DNA of 64,000 nucleotides from Octopus vulgaris (GCA_951406725.2 OX597824.1:6324001-6388000); one strand, 5' to 3'; positions 11,441 to 25,321 are shown, counted from the first letter of the stretch. Program-made: numbers and translations. Notes: a model not told the origin generated them from the sequence alone.

Positions 11441-12894
11441 TTCTAGCATAGATTACATCATTCAACTAGTTCCTCCAATTTTATTCCCTGTATCATCATC
11501 GAAAGAGGAATTAAAATATTTTTATACAGTAAATGTATAGACCTTGAATTCATTCTTTCATCTCTCTATGAACTCTTGTGATAACATACACGCAGCCACA
11601 GCAGCACCTTGTACTGTCTATATATTTTACTACATTAATTGATAACCCCAACGATAATGTAAAATTTATGTCCCTTAAGAGCAACTAGCAATAGTAAAAA
11701 TAAGCTGTGATATGGCATCCAAAATGAGCGCCGTATTGAGAATACTAGACAGCCGTCTCTTGGTCTCTGACTCTTGATGTCCCCTTATTACAATGGTTTC
11801 TTATATTGAAACATCTCCATGAATTTATAATGAACGGCTATTATCAATTTAATCGTTTATTTGTTTGATACTAGACTGATCGGTCTATCCTTGCAGAGAA
11901 GCAATAAACATATCTATATCTACCTCTTTGTTTGTCTTCTTATCTGCTTCTCTATATATCCGCCCTATTTCTTCTTGCTTTCTTATCATCATAAGAATAA
12001 AACTGAATAGCCACTTCTAACGTGTTCTGTTCAATTTAATTTATCGAATGAAATATATATTTAATGTTGGTCATTATTTAAATACAAAAACCGATATTCA
12101 AGAAACGATATCAAAAGAATCTAAATGGCTAGCAGACTGCCTTCTCAATAGCAGCAATATTTTCATGAAAAATACCAAATGTAAAAAAAAAAAATAATAA
12201 TAATCTAGTGGCCAACAACATAATAAAAAGCATAAATTACTTTTCTTTATTTCTTGGTTTTATTTATGCTAAAATAGCTACGTTACTGTTTTACCAAAAT
12301 ATCAGATCACTTGAGGAAGGATTTATTTTTACAATACGAAGCGAAGATATGCTATTCAATCACTCTCTAATTGTCTATTGAATTACAGAGATATTCTATC
12401 CTATTTTCTACAATCCTCACAATAACAGTCCAAGAGGCGCCAAAAAGGAGAAATAATACATTTGTTTGTTTGTTTTGTTTTGGATGATCGCAGATAAGAT
12501 TTCTTTTATTTTTCGAACGTTTGCTAAACTGTTGCTCATTGTTAGAAAATAATGTATTTCATTCGCCTCGTTTTTTTTTTTTTTTTTTTTTTTAGCGATT
12601 TCTTTTTCTTTGTTTTCTTCCTTCTTCTCTTCCTTTGTTTTTCATGATTTATTCTATTTTACTATTAGCAATTCCCTTCGAGATACTTGGCTCCATGAAT
12701 CTCTATAGGGTGTCATTTAATGGAAAGACTGCTGCGAAGTCGTTCCGCTGATCCTGTCACGTATTTAATGGTACAGGTGTCTGATCTCGGTTTGGTTACA
12801 CGCACAAGCATGTGTGTGGGTGTGTGTGTCTACATATGTATGTATACATATACATATATACGCATACATTGATATATATATATGTACATATTTG

Positions 12895-12927
<33 letters not shown>

Positions 12928-12929
<2 letters not shown>

Positions 12930-13260
12930 TACGGAGATGTACTCGCATAGCAAGTAATTTGATCTGAGATCGTGTGCTGAAACGAAAACAATTGCAGCGT
13001 GGAAGGTGTTTATAAGCCATTTAAGAAACACACAAAAGCCGTTCGATTCACTTCAACATTTAAGTTTAATTTGTCAAAATATTTTCGTCGCTAAAATCTG
13101 CGACCTGTTCACTGAGATGCAGCACGGATTTTTGTCAGTGAACAGGTCGCGGATTTTAGCGACGAAAACATTTTGACAAATTAAACTTAAATGTTGAAGT
13201 GAATCGAACGGCTTTTGTGTGTTTCTTAAATGGCTTATAAACACCTTCCACACTGCAATT

Positions 13261-13264
<4 letters not shown>
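12928..13264. mobile_element. Fold-back element with about 130-bp near-perfect arms inserted in (TA)n
   Basis: Arms 12986-13115 and 13135-13264 with about 3 mismatches and a 19-bp spacer. Confidence 0.9.
13131..13180 (+). ncRNA. Type I hammerhead-like motif with G3:C8 core swap
   Basis: tttgtca-GTGAACA-g-GTCGC-ggatttta-GCGAC-GAAA-acat-TT-tgacaaa; 7-bp stem I and 5-bp stem II; mirror copy on the minus strand at 13070-13115. Confidence 0.65.
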
Positions 13265-13308
<44 letters not shown>

Positions 13309-13449
13309 CCTGCATACGTCTATACGTCTATAATTAGGTTATTAATTCAAGCATTGAATATTGGAGACAATTTCGTCAAAGTCTCGGCGCACTCTGTAAA
13401 CTCCAGATTTCAAGAAACCTATTGATATTCTAGATTGGTTTGGTTTAGA

Positions 13450-13848
13450 TGGCATGGAGCTGGCAGAAACGTTAGCATGCTGGGCGAAATGCTTAGCGGT
13501 ATTTCGTCTACCGTTACGTTCTGAGTTCAAATTCCACCGAGGTTGACTTTGTCTTTCATCCTTTCGGGGTCGATAAATTAAGTACCATTTACGCACTAGG
13601 ATCGATATAATCGACTTAATCCGTTTGTCTGTCCTTGTTTGTCCCTTCTGTGTTTAGCCCCTTTTGGGTACTAAAGAAATAGGTATTGCGTCTGTCTTAA
13701 CGTTCTGAGTTCAAATTCCGCTGAGGTTGACTTTACCTTTCATTCTTTCGAGGTCGATAAATTAAGTACCTATTGCGTACTGGAGTCGATCTAATCGACT
13801 GTCCCCCTCCCCCAAAATTTTGGGCCTTGTACCTAGAGTAGAAAAGAC
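13450..13848 (+). mobile_element. SINE family A dimer (second unit has a different tail)
   Basis: Full unit 13450-13681, then a restart at ggtatt; the whole is flanked by the direct repeat tggtttggtttaga. Confidence 0.85.
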
Positions 13849-13999
13849 TGGTTTGGTTTAGAGCACACTGAATATAGAAGAATTTGTGAGGGACAAATTA
13901 TGCGAACCACAAATCAAACTTCAAACACTCAAATAAGAAGATCATAAAGTCTTTAACGAACTACATATCGCAAAAAATAATAATAATAACAATAATTTA

Positions 14000-14760
14000 C
14001 TTTTTATTAGTCGTAATTGGAGTTGGGAAAAAGTGGAAGATATCGGAAAGGCGGGAGGTTGAACAGACAATGAGCAGCGCAAGTTGCGTGGTTACAAGCA
14101 AACATGAATAGGGATTTGGATAAAATTCCTTTTCATCATTATCATAGTTATAAAGATATTTTGGGATTTCTGGTAATATTGTTTGCTTTAATTGGTGAAA
14201 GGTATCTGGGCCATGTGGTTGGTTGATGGTGGAAAGAGGAGACAAGTTTGCAGGTAATGGAGAACAGACACTGTTGGTAGGTGAATGTAAAGGGAGGTAA
14301 AATAGGAAGCCGTGTTGTAAAGGCATCGAAGTATACCCACCATGAAGATGTCGGTGAGCCATCCTGCAAATGTCCCCGGTTTGTCCACCCCGATGTCAGA
14401 GATTACAATGCCCTGAAACTTTGGCCCGAGTAACATTGAGATGTTGAGAACCAGTGCGGAAGTTAGAATAGTTCTCTGAGGTGATTCATTGATTTAAAAA
14501 AGAACAGTTCTATCATGATGAACAGGCTTGGTGGTGGCGCCCACTTGAATGGAAGAGATACGAATCCGAGCAGAAATATATTTGTCTTCTTGCAGAACAT
14601 CCAGTACCTTACTGGGATTATTAGATTTCGCAGAGATTAAGAATCTCCCGAATTACTAAATGAATAATTAGAAATGGATATTCTACTTAATCGTGGTGGT
14701 TTCGGATTCCTGGTGCAAGGCATATGCGTCTAGCAAGCGGGTCTGTTTTGCAGAGCTGAA
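14000..14760 (-). pseudogene. Decayed reading frame of unknown type, possibly a LINE 5'UTR/ORF1 remnant
   Basis: GC-richer block; on the minus strand an ATG near 14723 begins about 180 codons with one frameshift and one stop; no motif recognised. Confidence 0.25.
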
Positions 14761-14982
14761 TTTAATATACTTTGTTCATATCTATGGCTGCTCATACTAA
14801 TTGGATATATGTATTTATTGTAAACAATGTTCTGACTTAAATACGAGTATATACACGAATTATACATACGAAAAAATAGCAGAAATCTATCAACATACAT
14901 ACAACCATAGAGACAGATAAAGGATTCTCACCAACACACATATGTGCTGCTCATACATGCATAGGCATGCATCCATACGATG

Positions 14983-15017
<35 letters not shown>

Positions 15018-15103
15018 CCCGAACGAAGAGGTACATATTTTCAGGAATATATCATAGTCATAGGCAAAAGGAAAATATTTACATGTCTGCATGTATATGT
15101 TTG

Positions 15104-15140
<37 letters not shown>

Positions 15141-15164
15141 GCACATATATATATATATACATAC

Positions 15165-15237
<73 letters not shown>

Positions 15238-16895
15238 GCACATGTATATGTATATGATAGATAGATATATATATCAATTTTTGAAATTAGTACATAGATA
15301 TACAGAGATGAATGTATGTATGTATGTATGTATGTATGTACGTATGTGAAAGATAAACACAGTGCCAGAGATAAAATAAATTGTTTGCAAACATTTCTAT
15401 GACATAGCCGACATAGATGTAAATATTATTACCCAGGCGACGTGTTTCCATTTCATTTTTGGATTATCTTACTATGTATAAGTTTTTCGAAAAAAAGAAA
15501 AAAGAAAGAAATGTAATAATACTCTCGAGAGATGTGATTCTTTTAAACAAATGAAGAGGAATTTACAAAAGAAAACCACACGATAAAATGTTTGGTAATA
15601 TGCAAATAGAAATACTGAAATGATGTTTTTGAATAACAATTTCATTAGTATTCAATCGGCAAATTTAAGGGTCTTTAGAGATATAAACCAGCAAATACTT
15701 GACGCCGATTAATATCGTCTTCAGTCTTATGATAACCAGATGTTTTGTTTCTTGTATGAACTATGGTTTTTTTTTTCTTTCAGGAATATCCGCCTCAGAA
15801 AGTCTAGAAAGGTTGTGGTGCTACATATCCCTCTCTGAGTAATTCATTAAATACATATACGTATTTAATAACAGAATTTCGGCGATAAGGGTTACGTACA
15901 AACAAAATATCAAAATTCTGGTATATTAGTCTAGATGTGTCGAAACAAAAATCTATTCCCTGAGCAAATGTCTTTGTCGGGGTCAAATTTTGTGTATTTT
16001 AGTTTTGCTTAACTATTTGTGTGTTGTTTTTACATACTTGCATTGTTTTTTGTTTCATATATATATATATATATATATCAATTGTCATGGAAACTATGTC
16101 ATTCTACATTAAATATTCATCAACAATGAACTTTTAACCCAAATCTCGTATGTTATTCATAAGCCCCCTCCAGTGCTCACGTATGCAGGCACACAAGCAC
16201 GCACACATAACACATACACGTACCACGCAGAAACGGAAACACACCGCCATATTTTATATGTATGTATATATGGATGTATCTATGTAAGTAGTGCGTACAG
16301 CTTAGTATAAACGTCACTCGAAAGTATGACCTAATGGATAATGTCACGCTCTCGTTAACTGTTTTAGATGCCTACAACATCGCGAGCAGTAACAGATTAT
16401 TATTCGGTCCTCCCCAACTTGACCAAGTGGATCATCGAGTATATAACGACTAGAAGGTGAGAAGGTTTTCCTAGCCGTCAGATAGTACCTATTTATAACT
16501 GAGAAGCCTTGATTAAGTCTCTGTGTGACTGCATGTGGTTGCATAAGTTCAGTAATAGGGGAATGATTAAGAAATATGATACGTAGACATGAGCCACTGG
16601 GATCGATGTCATTGTGTGGCATCTTAGATGAATTTCATTTGCTATATCCTCAAATCAAACCATGCGTTGTTAATGAAATTGGGTGGACGAAAACTATTCA
16701 CAAGCTACACACTGTTTTAAGAAGCAGATAATGCAGCTGGGTGGAAAATTCAATACTCCTAGTCGAACGTCAGAAGTATGTGTATGTGTGTGTGTGTGAA
16801 AATGTATGTATATGTGTGTGCGTGTGTATGCATGTGATATATATACATATGTGTGTGTGTGTGTGTGTGTGTGAGCGTGTGTGCAAATGAATGTA

Positions 16896-18148
16896 CAGGG
16901 GCCTTGCAGATTGAGACCAGTTTTAACAGTTGACTTAGTGGGGTTAACATTTCACTTATTGACAAAACCTTGCTTGCTTGAAAGTCTAATCCTCCTCCTT
17001 GTTTTTCAAGTAAATAACGAACTGATTCGACAACAGAAAGTCATGGAACAACAGAATCGTTCAGCCTTTGTCGTTTTGGCGCTCGCCGGGCACACTGTCA
17101 ATAAAATTGTGAAGTTGACGAAACTTCCAAAAGCAACAGTTAAAATCGTGTGTATAAACAATTTAAAGAGGGAAAGATTGATAGAAAAGAAAACAATGCT
17201 CGAAGCGATTCCAAGCGCAATCCAAAGTTTCTCGCTGACCTCAAACGCTTGATTGAAGTCAACCCATCCACATCCATGATAACTCTTGCAAAGAAACACA
17301 CTGTGTCCTTTTCTACAGTGTGAAGAGTTGGGAACAGGAACCTTGGCATGAGTAGTTATGTTCTACGACTGCATCGCCTCTAACAATCAGAGCCGAGAGA
17401 TGCCCACAGTTTCTGTCTTTCATCAAGCATCATGGTGCAAGAAAAACTCTTGTGCTTTGGGGACAAGAAGAAGTTCTTTGTGGGCGCTGAGGTTAATCGT
17501 AGAAATTCTCGAGTGTTTGCATGCAACCCATCCGACGTCTCCGCTGTGTTTGAGATTAAGAATACTGTCTCTGTGATGGTGTTTCGAACCGTGGAGAGCA
17601 TTAGAAGTGTCATGGGTCCACATTTCATCGCATCTGGCTTGCAATTCGGCACAAAGGAATATCCGGACATCCTGAAGAACTCTGTTACCTAGGATGGAGC
17701 AGAAGTTTAGGGTTGACAATGTAGAGCCTAACCAGGATTCTGCACCATGCCATGAGTCAAAAAGCAACACAGGCCTTCCCTTGGTGAGAAAGTGCTATTT
17801 TTGTGAGGGCCAACATCTGGCCCGGTAATAGCCCGGATCTCAACCGTCTCCATTACATTTTATGAAGTGTACTCCAAGCAAGGACCACTGACTCGAGTGT
17901 CAACAGTTTGAAGACCTGCATCGTGCGTGCGACACGTAAAATCTTCAAGGCAGGAAGTTGCAGTAGCTTCAAAAGAGTTTCATTCTCGTGTGGAGGCAGC
18001 AATTGCCCAAAAGAGAGGCCATATTGGAAGATAAAAGATTTTGTTGTAATAAATGATACATTAAAATTATATCTGTCTACTACCAGTATTTTAGTATTTA
18101 TAACCAGTTTTATGCTCCGTAAAAAATGTTAAACTGATCTGCAAGAAC

Positions 18149-18151
<3 letters not shown>
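16896..18151 (+). mobile_element. Decayed Tc1/mariner-superfamily transposon, maT/DD37D-like
   Basis: TIR-like cagg..cttgcagat / atctgcaagaacctg, TA at the left end; frameshifted transposase motifs FGDKKKF (FSDEKKF), QDSAPCH and WPGNSPDLNRLHY (SPDLNPLDY). Confidence 0.85.
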
Positions 18152-18187
<36 letters not shown>

Positions 18188-18728
18188 ATACATATGTGTG
18201 TGTTTGTGTGTGTGCGCGCGCGTGTATGTGTGAGTTATATACATATGTGTGTGTTTGTGTGTGTGTGTGTTTAGAATATAGGTGTATTCCTACGCAGGAA
18301 AGAATGTAAGAACTTTCGTTTTGGGAGCTGAAAATGAACCTGAATCTTAAAGCTAGTTGTAGATTTTATAAGTTATGTCTGTTGGTTCTTGTCATTTTAG
18401 TGAATAAATTGAGGTTTCTCATTCTGATGTGTTGATATATGGTATTAAGTCATAGTTTATATTTCCCAATAAACATATTTCCCTTATCGAATCGCAACTG
18501 AGCTGAAGTGTTTCCATTGCAGTGATATAGAGGGAAAATTTAGTATTTTAGTATTTAGATATTTGTTCGTGGGGAAAAATCTAGATGTTTATTTACGGCA
18601 ATATTCCTAGTTGTAGGGAACCAAATTTGTTACCTGTATAACCGTCATTCAGCCCCTCAGAGTCAAGCTTGTTTGACCTATGCAATCTCGGTGAAAACGA
18701 GTGCAATAATATATTTCGCAGAAGAAAC

Positions 18729-18844
18729 TTTCCAACATGTATGACTGTTACGAAATTCAACGAATATTTGAAATTTTATTATTGTCTATGCATGTAAAAC
18801 TTCAAATATTCGTTGAATTCCGTAACAGTCATACATCTTGGAAA
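18729..18844. repeat. Hairpin with about 50-bp arms
   Basis: tttccaacatgtatgactgttacgaaattcaacgaatatttgaa and ttcaaatattcgttgaattccgtaacagtcatacatcttggaaa, with few mismatches. Confidence 0.9.
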
Positions 18845-19269
18845 AAATATTAGAATTTTTATTGGAAAAAATATTAGAATTTTTATGAGCATTTGATTCT
18901 TCAAGCATGTTTTATGCGAAATTTCTCTTGTACTTTCAGTCTCTCCTAAGCCATTTTTATATATCATCGTAAAACGAAAGATTAGAAGAAAACCGTTTGG
19001 TATTTTAATAAATTTGCTATAAACTTTTATAAACTACAACACTATTTACGACTCGGGTATATTTTAAACTCCACAAACAAACCTATATATACATGTATAT
19101 ATATGCGTGTGTTTTTGTTTGTGTGTGTACTGTGTGTGTATGTATATATATATATATATGTATGTATGTATATATATATATATATGTATGTATATATATA
19201 TATATACATATAGACATATATATGTGTGTGTGTGTAAATATATGCATGCATGCACAAAAACTTACATAA

Positions 19270-19271
<2 letters not shown>

Positions 19272-19368
<97 letters not shown>

Positions 19369-19471
19369 CATACATACATACATACATACATACATACATA
19401 CATACATACATACATACATACATACATACATACATACATACATACATACATACATACATACATACATACAT
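19272..19471. repeat. (TA)n-(TAGA)n-(TACA)n compound microsatellite
   Basis: Directly visible. Confidence 0.95.
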
Positions 19472-19974
19472 AATTACCCACTCGGAAATTTTTCATCTTC
19501 AATGGCATTGAAGTCCAACATCAAAATATCCTTTACCTGCAAAGTATAACAGAATAGAAAATACGAAATGCGTGTATATAATGGTTAGAAATGTCCATCT
19601 TAGCTCTAATAACATAAACATCACTAGAATCAGAGTTGAGAACAAGATATTTCAATATAATTGCTAATCTTGACACTGACGGGAAATCTACCAAGTAAAA
19701 TTTCAAATAAGTCAATTAGAGTTACGAGCTAAGGGAAAGATAACATTAGCATGAATACGCCATCTAAATTCTACGCTAACTGATCAAAACCTCATGGTCA
19801 TACACAGTAGAAAGCTATGAGTGCCTCTCCAAAAGCACCGGAAGCTTTTCATTCATATAACATGAACGGTTCTTAACAGTATCGGAAACAAGGATTTCTG
19901 TCGTCTATCTACATTCACGGAAGGACATGTTCTCAAACCTGCAAACCAAAGATATGCTGTGAACAACATATTTC

Positions 19975-20212
19975 TATTTCTATTTCTTTATTACCCACAA
20001 GGGGCTAAACACAGAGGGGACAAACAAGGACAGACAAACGGATCAAGTCGAATTCATCGACCCCAGTGCGTAACTGGTACTTATTTAATCGACCCCGAAA
20101 GGATGAAAGGCAAAGTCGACCTCGGCGGAATTTGAACTCAGAACGTAAAGACAGACGAAATACGGCTAAGCATTTCGCCCGGAGTGCCAACGTTTCTGGC
20201 AGCTCGCTGTCT
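19975..20212 (-). mobile_element. SINE family A
   Basis: Full copy with 18-bp TSD ctgtgaacaacatatttc (19957-19974, 20214-20231). Confidence 0.9.
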
Positions 20213-20213
20213 T

Positions 20214-20500
20214 CTGTGAACAACATATTTCGAAGCTATGTAATAAGAGTGGAGGAGCTTCACCCTGTTGTTCACAGTCTCTAACCGAAGTTCAGTATCA
20301 AGGACGGGGAGTCTTTTGTTGGGTTGCCTAGTAGGGTAATCTATAGTCACCTTGATACTTTGGTGGATGGAGTTGGCTACTAGCTGGATGCTCTCCATTA
20401 TGTTCCTCTCAGTTTCTACATTACCGTTACTAGAGTTGGTCTTAACTAGGATATTAATATCATCTACATACCTACTGTAAAGTAAAAGAGTTGCGGACTG
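20214..20500 (-). mobile_element. Penelope-like element reverse transcriptase fragment
   Basis: Minus strand LLLYSRYVDDINIL...MESIQLVANSIHQSIKVTIDYPTRQPNKRLPVLD...LHSYY; YVDD catalytic motif plus PLE-type NS.H..I..T and LP.LD motifs. Confidence 0.8.
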
Positions 20501-20624
20501 TTCTGTTAAGTGTTGCTTAAGTCTAAAGAATTGATATGTTTTAACATGTTCAATAAGAAGGAACTAGCCCTAATTGATAGAATTATGCATAAACAATAAT
20601 TATCTGTAATATTGTTACGCAAAC

Positions 20625-21328
20625 AATTATTATATAAACAGGAGATACAAATATTACAGGCACTCGCCCCCCCACACACACTAACTAAACATAGACACAC
20701 ATAGAGGTATACGCATGCGCAAATGAAGACACATACAATTGGAATACAAAATACAAAATGGCTGTTCGTTAGTAAGGAAAGTCACACAAATAAGAAAGCC
20801 AAGGACCACTGATGAGGTCACAGAAGTGTGACGAAAGAACTCTGGCCGAAATAAGATTAAGATTAATGTAAAAAATAAATAACGCTGAAGCAAAGTAACA
20901 CCAAATATATAGTGCGTGTGTTTTTATTGTCTAAACTGGCAAAATGACCATTCCTAAATACAACAATAATTATTATATCACTGAATCAAATCTCTCTTTT
21001 CAAACTATCATTTGACATATTCAATGTAGAAATGTTATGTAACTTTTTCGCACGACTGCCAGATAAGTTTAATACATGAGCGCTAACCAATCAGTCTGTA
21101 CGTTACACTTTCGTCACACTTCTGTGACCTCATCAGTGGTCCTTTGCTTTCTTCTTTCTTATTTGTATGACTCTCCTTACTATCGATCAGCCATTTTGTA
21201 TTTTGTATTTCTATTGTATGTGTCTTCATTTGCGCATGCGTAAACCTCTATGTGTGTCTATGTTTAGTTAGTGTGTGTGTGGGGGGGGGGGTGCTGTAAT
21301 ATTTATATCTCCTGTTTATATAATAATT
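20625..21328. mobile_element. Inverted pair of PLE pLTR-like repeats (about 210 bp) with a 270-bp spacer
   Basis: Arms 20625-20837 and 21108-21328 are diverged reverse complements; both carry CTGATGA...GAAA. Confidence 0.85.
20803..20847 (+). ncRNA. Minimal type I hammerhead ribozyme, canonical core
   Basis: ggacca-CTGATGA-g-GTCACA-gaag-TGTGAC-GAAA-gaac-TC-tggcc; predicted cleavage after C20842. Confidence 0.8.
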
Positions 21329-21546
21329 TCCCTCCTTTAAAAAACAAACTATTAAACTATTTCTAGAAGGGCCAGAATAGGCATAGTTTGCGACAAATCT
21401 CCATACACTCTGCACATTTGAAAACCTAATGTGAAACTGGTAAAGTGCATTCATTCATTTTAAAATACTATTAAATTCTAATTAATTCTATTATATTCTC
21501 TGCGCATTTTTAGTTTCATTCTTTTATTTATCTAAATCGGTTTAAT

Positions 21547-21634
<88 letters not shown>

Positions 21635-21985
21635 ATGGAAGGATTCCTTAAGGTCTTTCTTTTTAACTATCTAAACATTATTCAAATATGTTTCTTTTTT
21701 TTCAGACAAAATGTGATAAGGTTTTCGTACGGTGTTTACAGTGTGCAGTCTTTAGTTGTTCAACTTTTCAAACAAATTCTACTCCGTACAGAGGAAGTTG
21801 TTTTTACTAAAACAAAATCCTTTATGCGAGTTACCGCAAACCACGTTTTTCAAAAGTTGAACAAGGAAAGTGCTTACACACCATACAATAGGAAACTTTC
21901 TATCCAAAATATTCGTGACATACTGTTTCTCAAAAAAAAATTTTTCTATTATATACATATATGTATGTGTGCATCTGTATGCGTA

Positions 21986-22032
<47 letters not shown>

Positions 22033-23329
22033 TGTGTGTGAGTGTGGGTGTGTATCATTTTGTATGAGTTCGTGGATTCCTTTCGTTTTCTCTGTCGTCA
22101 GAAAGAAGGAAGTATTTTTTATAATATGCAGATGTGATAAGGCATGAAATTCATCTGTCTTGAGATTTGTAGGTGCCAGATACACCCAGAATTTTGCATT
22201 CTTTAGACTTATGTCACAGAGTACATAAATCGGAGCATTTCATTGCGGTAAAGTTGAAATAGGTAAAGTTTTGTTTAGTATATGAACTAAAAACACACAT
22301 TAAAACAAGTGGAATCTGAATTTTAGTATTATATGGACAGAGGATAATTCAGAGAGCTTATACTTTATAAAATAGCAGATTGTTGGAGAAATTATCTACC
22401 GCTAGGTGGAGCGAACGGTTTTTAATTTAAGCTTCTTATTTACATTTTCAAGTGAACGCGTTGATAATGTTTTGAATTGAACGTTGTTTAAACTCTGAAC
22501 ATAACACAATAATGACTCGGTCAAATTCGCCACTTCTGTATGAAATGTAATTTTGTAGAAAAGAAATATGAGTTCAAAATTTTAAGATACAATACAGAAT
22601 GCCTAAAAACCATTTCAAAGCAATCTGCCAAACAAGAAAAATAACCTTGTTCTTATCTTTCTTGCAAGTCTGTGATAACAAAGAAAACGCTCGTGTTTAC
22701 TTTTGTTTGACAATTAGAAAGTCAATACTTACGACTAAATCAGTAAAACTAATGATCTCTTCATTTTCTTGCCAGGAGGTTCAAATAATTAAGCCGCTGC
22801 GGCAATCCATCCATGGCTGTCCTGTGCCAGTCTGCACAGTTTTGCATATCTTTCGCCACTAGCTTCTTTGATGCTATCGCTAAATTTAATTTTATGTCTG
22901 TCTCTTGTTCTTTCGCCATAAACAGTACAAGTTAACACGAACATGTTAAGATTTTATCTCCTAAATATATGGCCGGTGAAGGTCTATTTTCTTTTCATGT
23001 TAGTATTTAACAGTTTTTCCTGGCATTTTATCTAAGGAAGGCCGCACTCATTATTTCTTTTATCCGTCCAACTTATTCTGAGAATGCGTCAAAAACGCTA
23101 TTGTTCAAATGCTTTACATTTCCTTTCCTAGATTTTCTTGATAATCTAGCATTCAGTTCCAGCTGTGGTTATGCTAAATATCAATGAATTGAAAAGTCGG
23201 TTATTGTTCGGAAGGAGACGGCTTATTCTCCGATATGCTGTTCATTGATATCATGGCATTCTTGGCAATGCCGAGTTTTTTTCTTGGTTTCACGGGTCTC
23301 GTTGCAGTCTTTGGCAATTAGAGTACCAG

Positions 23330-23560
23330 CTAGACAAATTCTTTAACGCTTTCGATATTTTCCTTTTTTATTGTTAATCAAAATTCAAGATCAACGCGAA
23401 CCTGAGGTATGCTGACGATGAATTCCTCATAACCGGCTCTTTGCAAGGCTACATGGTTTATTTAATAGAAGAATCGGTACATGTAGGCAGATTGGATTAC
23501 ATTTGAATCCCTAACACAGAAATGTAGAGAAAATATTTAAAAGTACAGCAATTAATAAGA
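23330..23560 (+). mobile_element. RTE-like LINE RT remnant
   Basis: aac ctg agg tat gct gac gat = NLRYADD at 23399-23419; surroundings decayed. Confidence 0.5.
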
Positions 23561-23802
23561 CTGCATAAGAATCAATAAATGAGAAAACTAATGATGAAGC
23601 AGCGATATATAATTGGACATCTGCAGCACATGTGTCTCATTATATATGTGTGTATGCATGTTTATAAGCGCGCATGCATGTCTGTGTGGGAATTATATAG
23701 CCAAACTTAGAAAGAACTTACTTGGGGTAAATGTTTCAAAGGAGAAATTCACCTTATAGAAAATCTTTCATTATATATATATATATATATACACACACAC
23801 AT

Positions 23803-23842
<40 letters not shown>

Positions 23843-23857
23843 AATATATATATATAT

Positions 23858-23916
<59 letters not shown>

Positions 23917-25321
23917 CAAACATATATATATATATATATATGAATATATATATGCGCATATATCCATATGCATATATATGTGAGTGTGTTGCGTGCGTGT
24001 GTGTGTATGTATTTTTGTATGTATGCTTGTTAACACGCATACATACATACACATATACAGCGATACATAGATGCATTCATATACCTCTGTGAGACATGCG
24101 TTTGTCTGCAGATCTCTGAGGCTTCAATTACGAAAATTTGTGAAATATGAATAATAAAATGGAAGATACGCATATTGAATACGTCGATTGGAAACTTAGA
24201 AGTAATTATATATTAAGATTTAGATGTTTCTGATATATTCATAACAAAGAAAACTAAAAGTTAAAAAATAATGATAGAGGCCTTCTTCGTGAAATATATG
24301 ATATATTCTAGATTTTAATTATAACTGGAAAAAGGAAATTGCATTGCATTCATCCAGAGTTAACTTTCAAGTGAATGGAACTCATTTCGAAAACGCGTTT
24401 CCACTTTGAAGCTTCGTCTCAATTCTTATGCGTAATTAAAAAAGATTTTCTATGTTGCATGATGCTTGTTTATGCATGATTCTTTTTCGATCTCGAAAAA
24501 TGGTAAAAAAAATTACAAATCGCAATGATATCAATAATTACAATGATATTGGAGCAGCAAAAATAACAAGTGAAATAGAAACTAATAGCAACATGGTCGG
24601 GGTTAATTTATAATGCATGCAGACCAAATATAAAAACCCACTCAAGCGTACAATCATGAGATGAACATTTACAGTGATGCAGAAGTTTCAGTTTTTCCTA
24701 CTTTGAAGCACATCAATACCCATAATGCTTTGATCGAGAATTCAGCCTGATTCATCTTTTGTGAGATATAACCTCAATATCTTTACAAGTTTTTGTCCTT
24801 TTTTTCATCTGCTTATTAGGTCTTATAATTCATTACTTTGAACCGCGTCTTGGGTGCGTGAGTCCTTATTTCTTCCATTTTGCTTTTTATTCTATAAGAC
24901 TTTTCTTAAAATTACCAGAATCTCATCACTTTATACATCTTTAATTTCCCACGTTACTTTTCCTATTCGATTTATCTCTTCCTCTTCTTCTTTAAATTCT
25001 TGTAATCCTCGAGCAACATAGTCCTTATCAGTACAGTTTTATTTAATTATTCCATCAATTTCCCTCCAGGCTTTGTTTTAATGAATAATTGGCTGAAATA
25101 AAAAAAGTGCATAATAATATTGCTTTACAGCGATAAAACCTTCTTCGCGGCAAATTATTCTTCTGTCTCCTTCCCTTTGACATGTATACATTTTATGGCT
25201 AAATTATTAATGATGTTATGTATCGTATAGAATCATTATGAACGTTTCTGTTCATCTTTGTTTAGCTTCAGATGTCTTTCACTACAACTCAAAAGATAAA
25301 ATGCCTCATTTTTATTTACTA

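Noticed and set aside
15784-15842. Strong acceptor ttttttttctttcag, possible terminal exon
   Set aside because: All frames close within about 20 codons and nothing is recognisable; no support.
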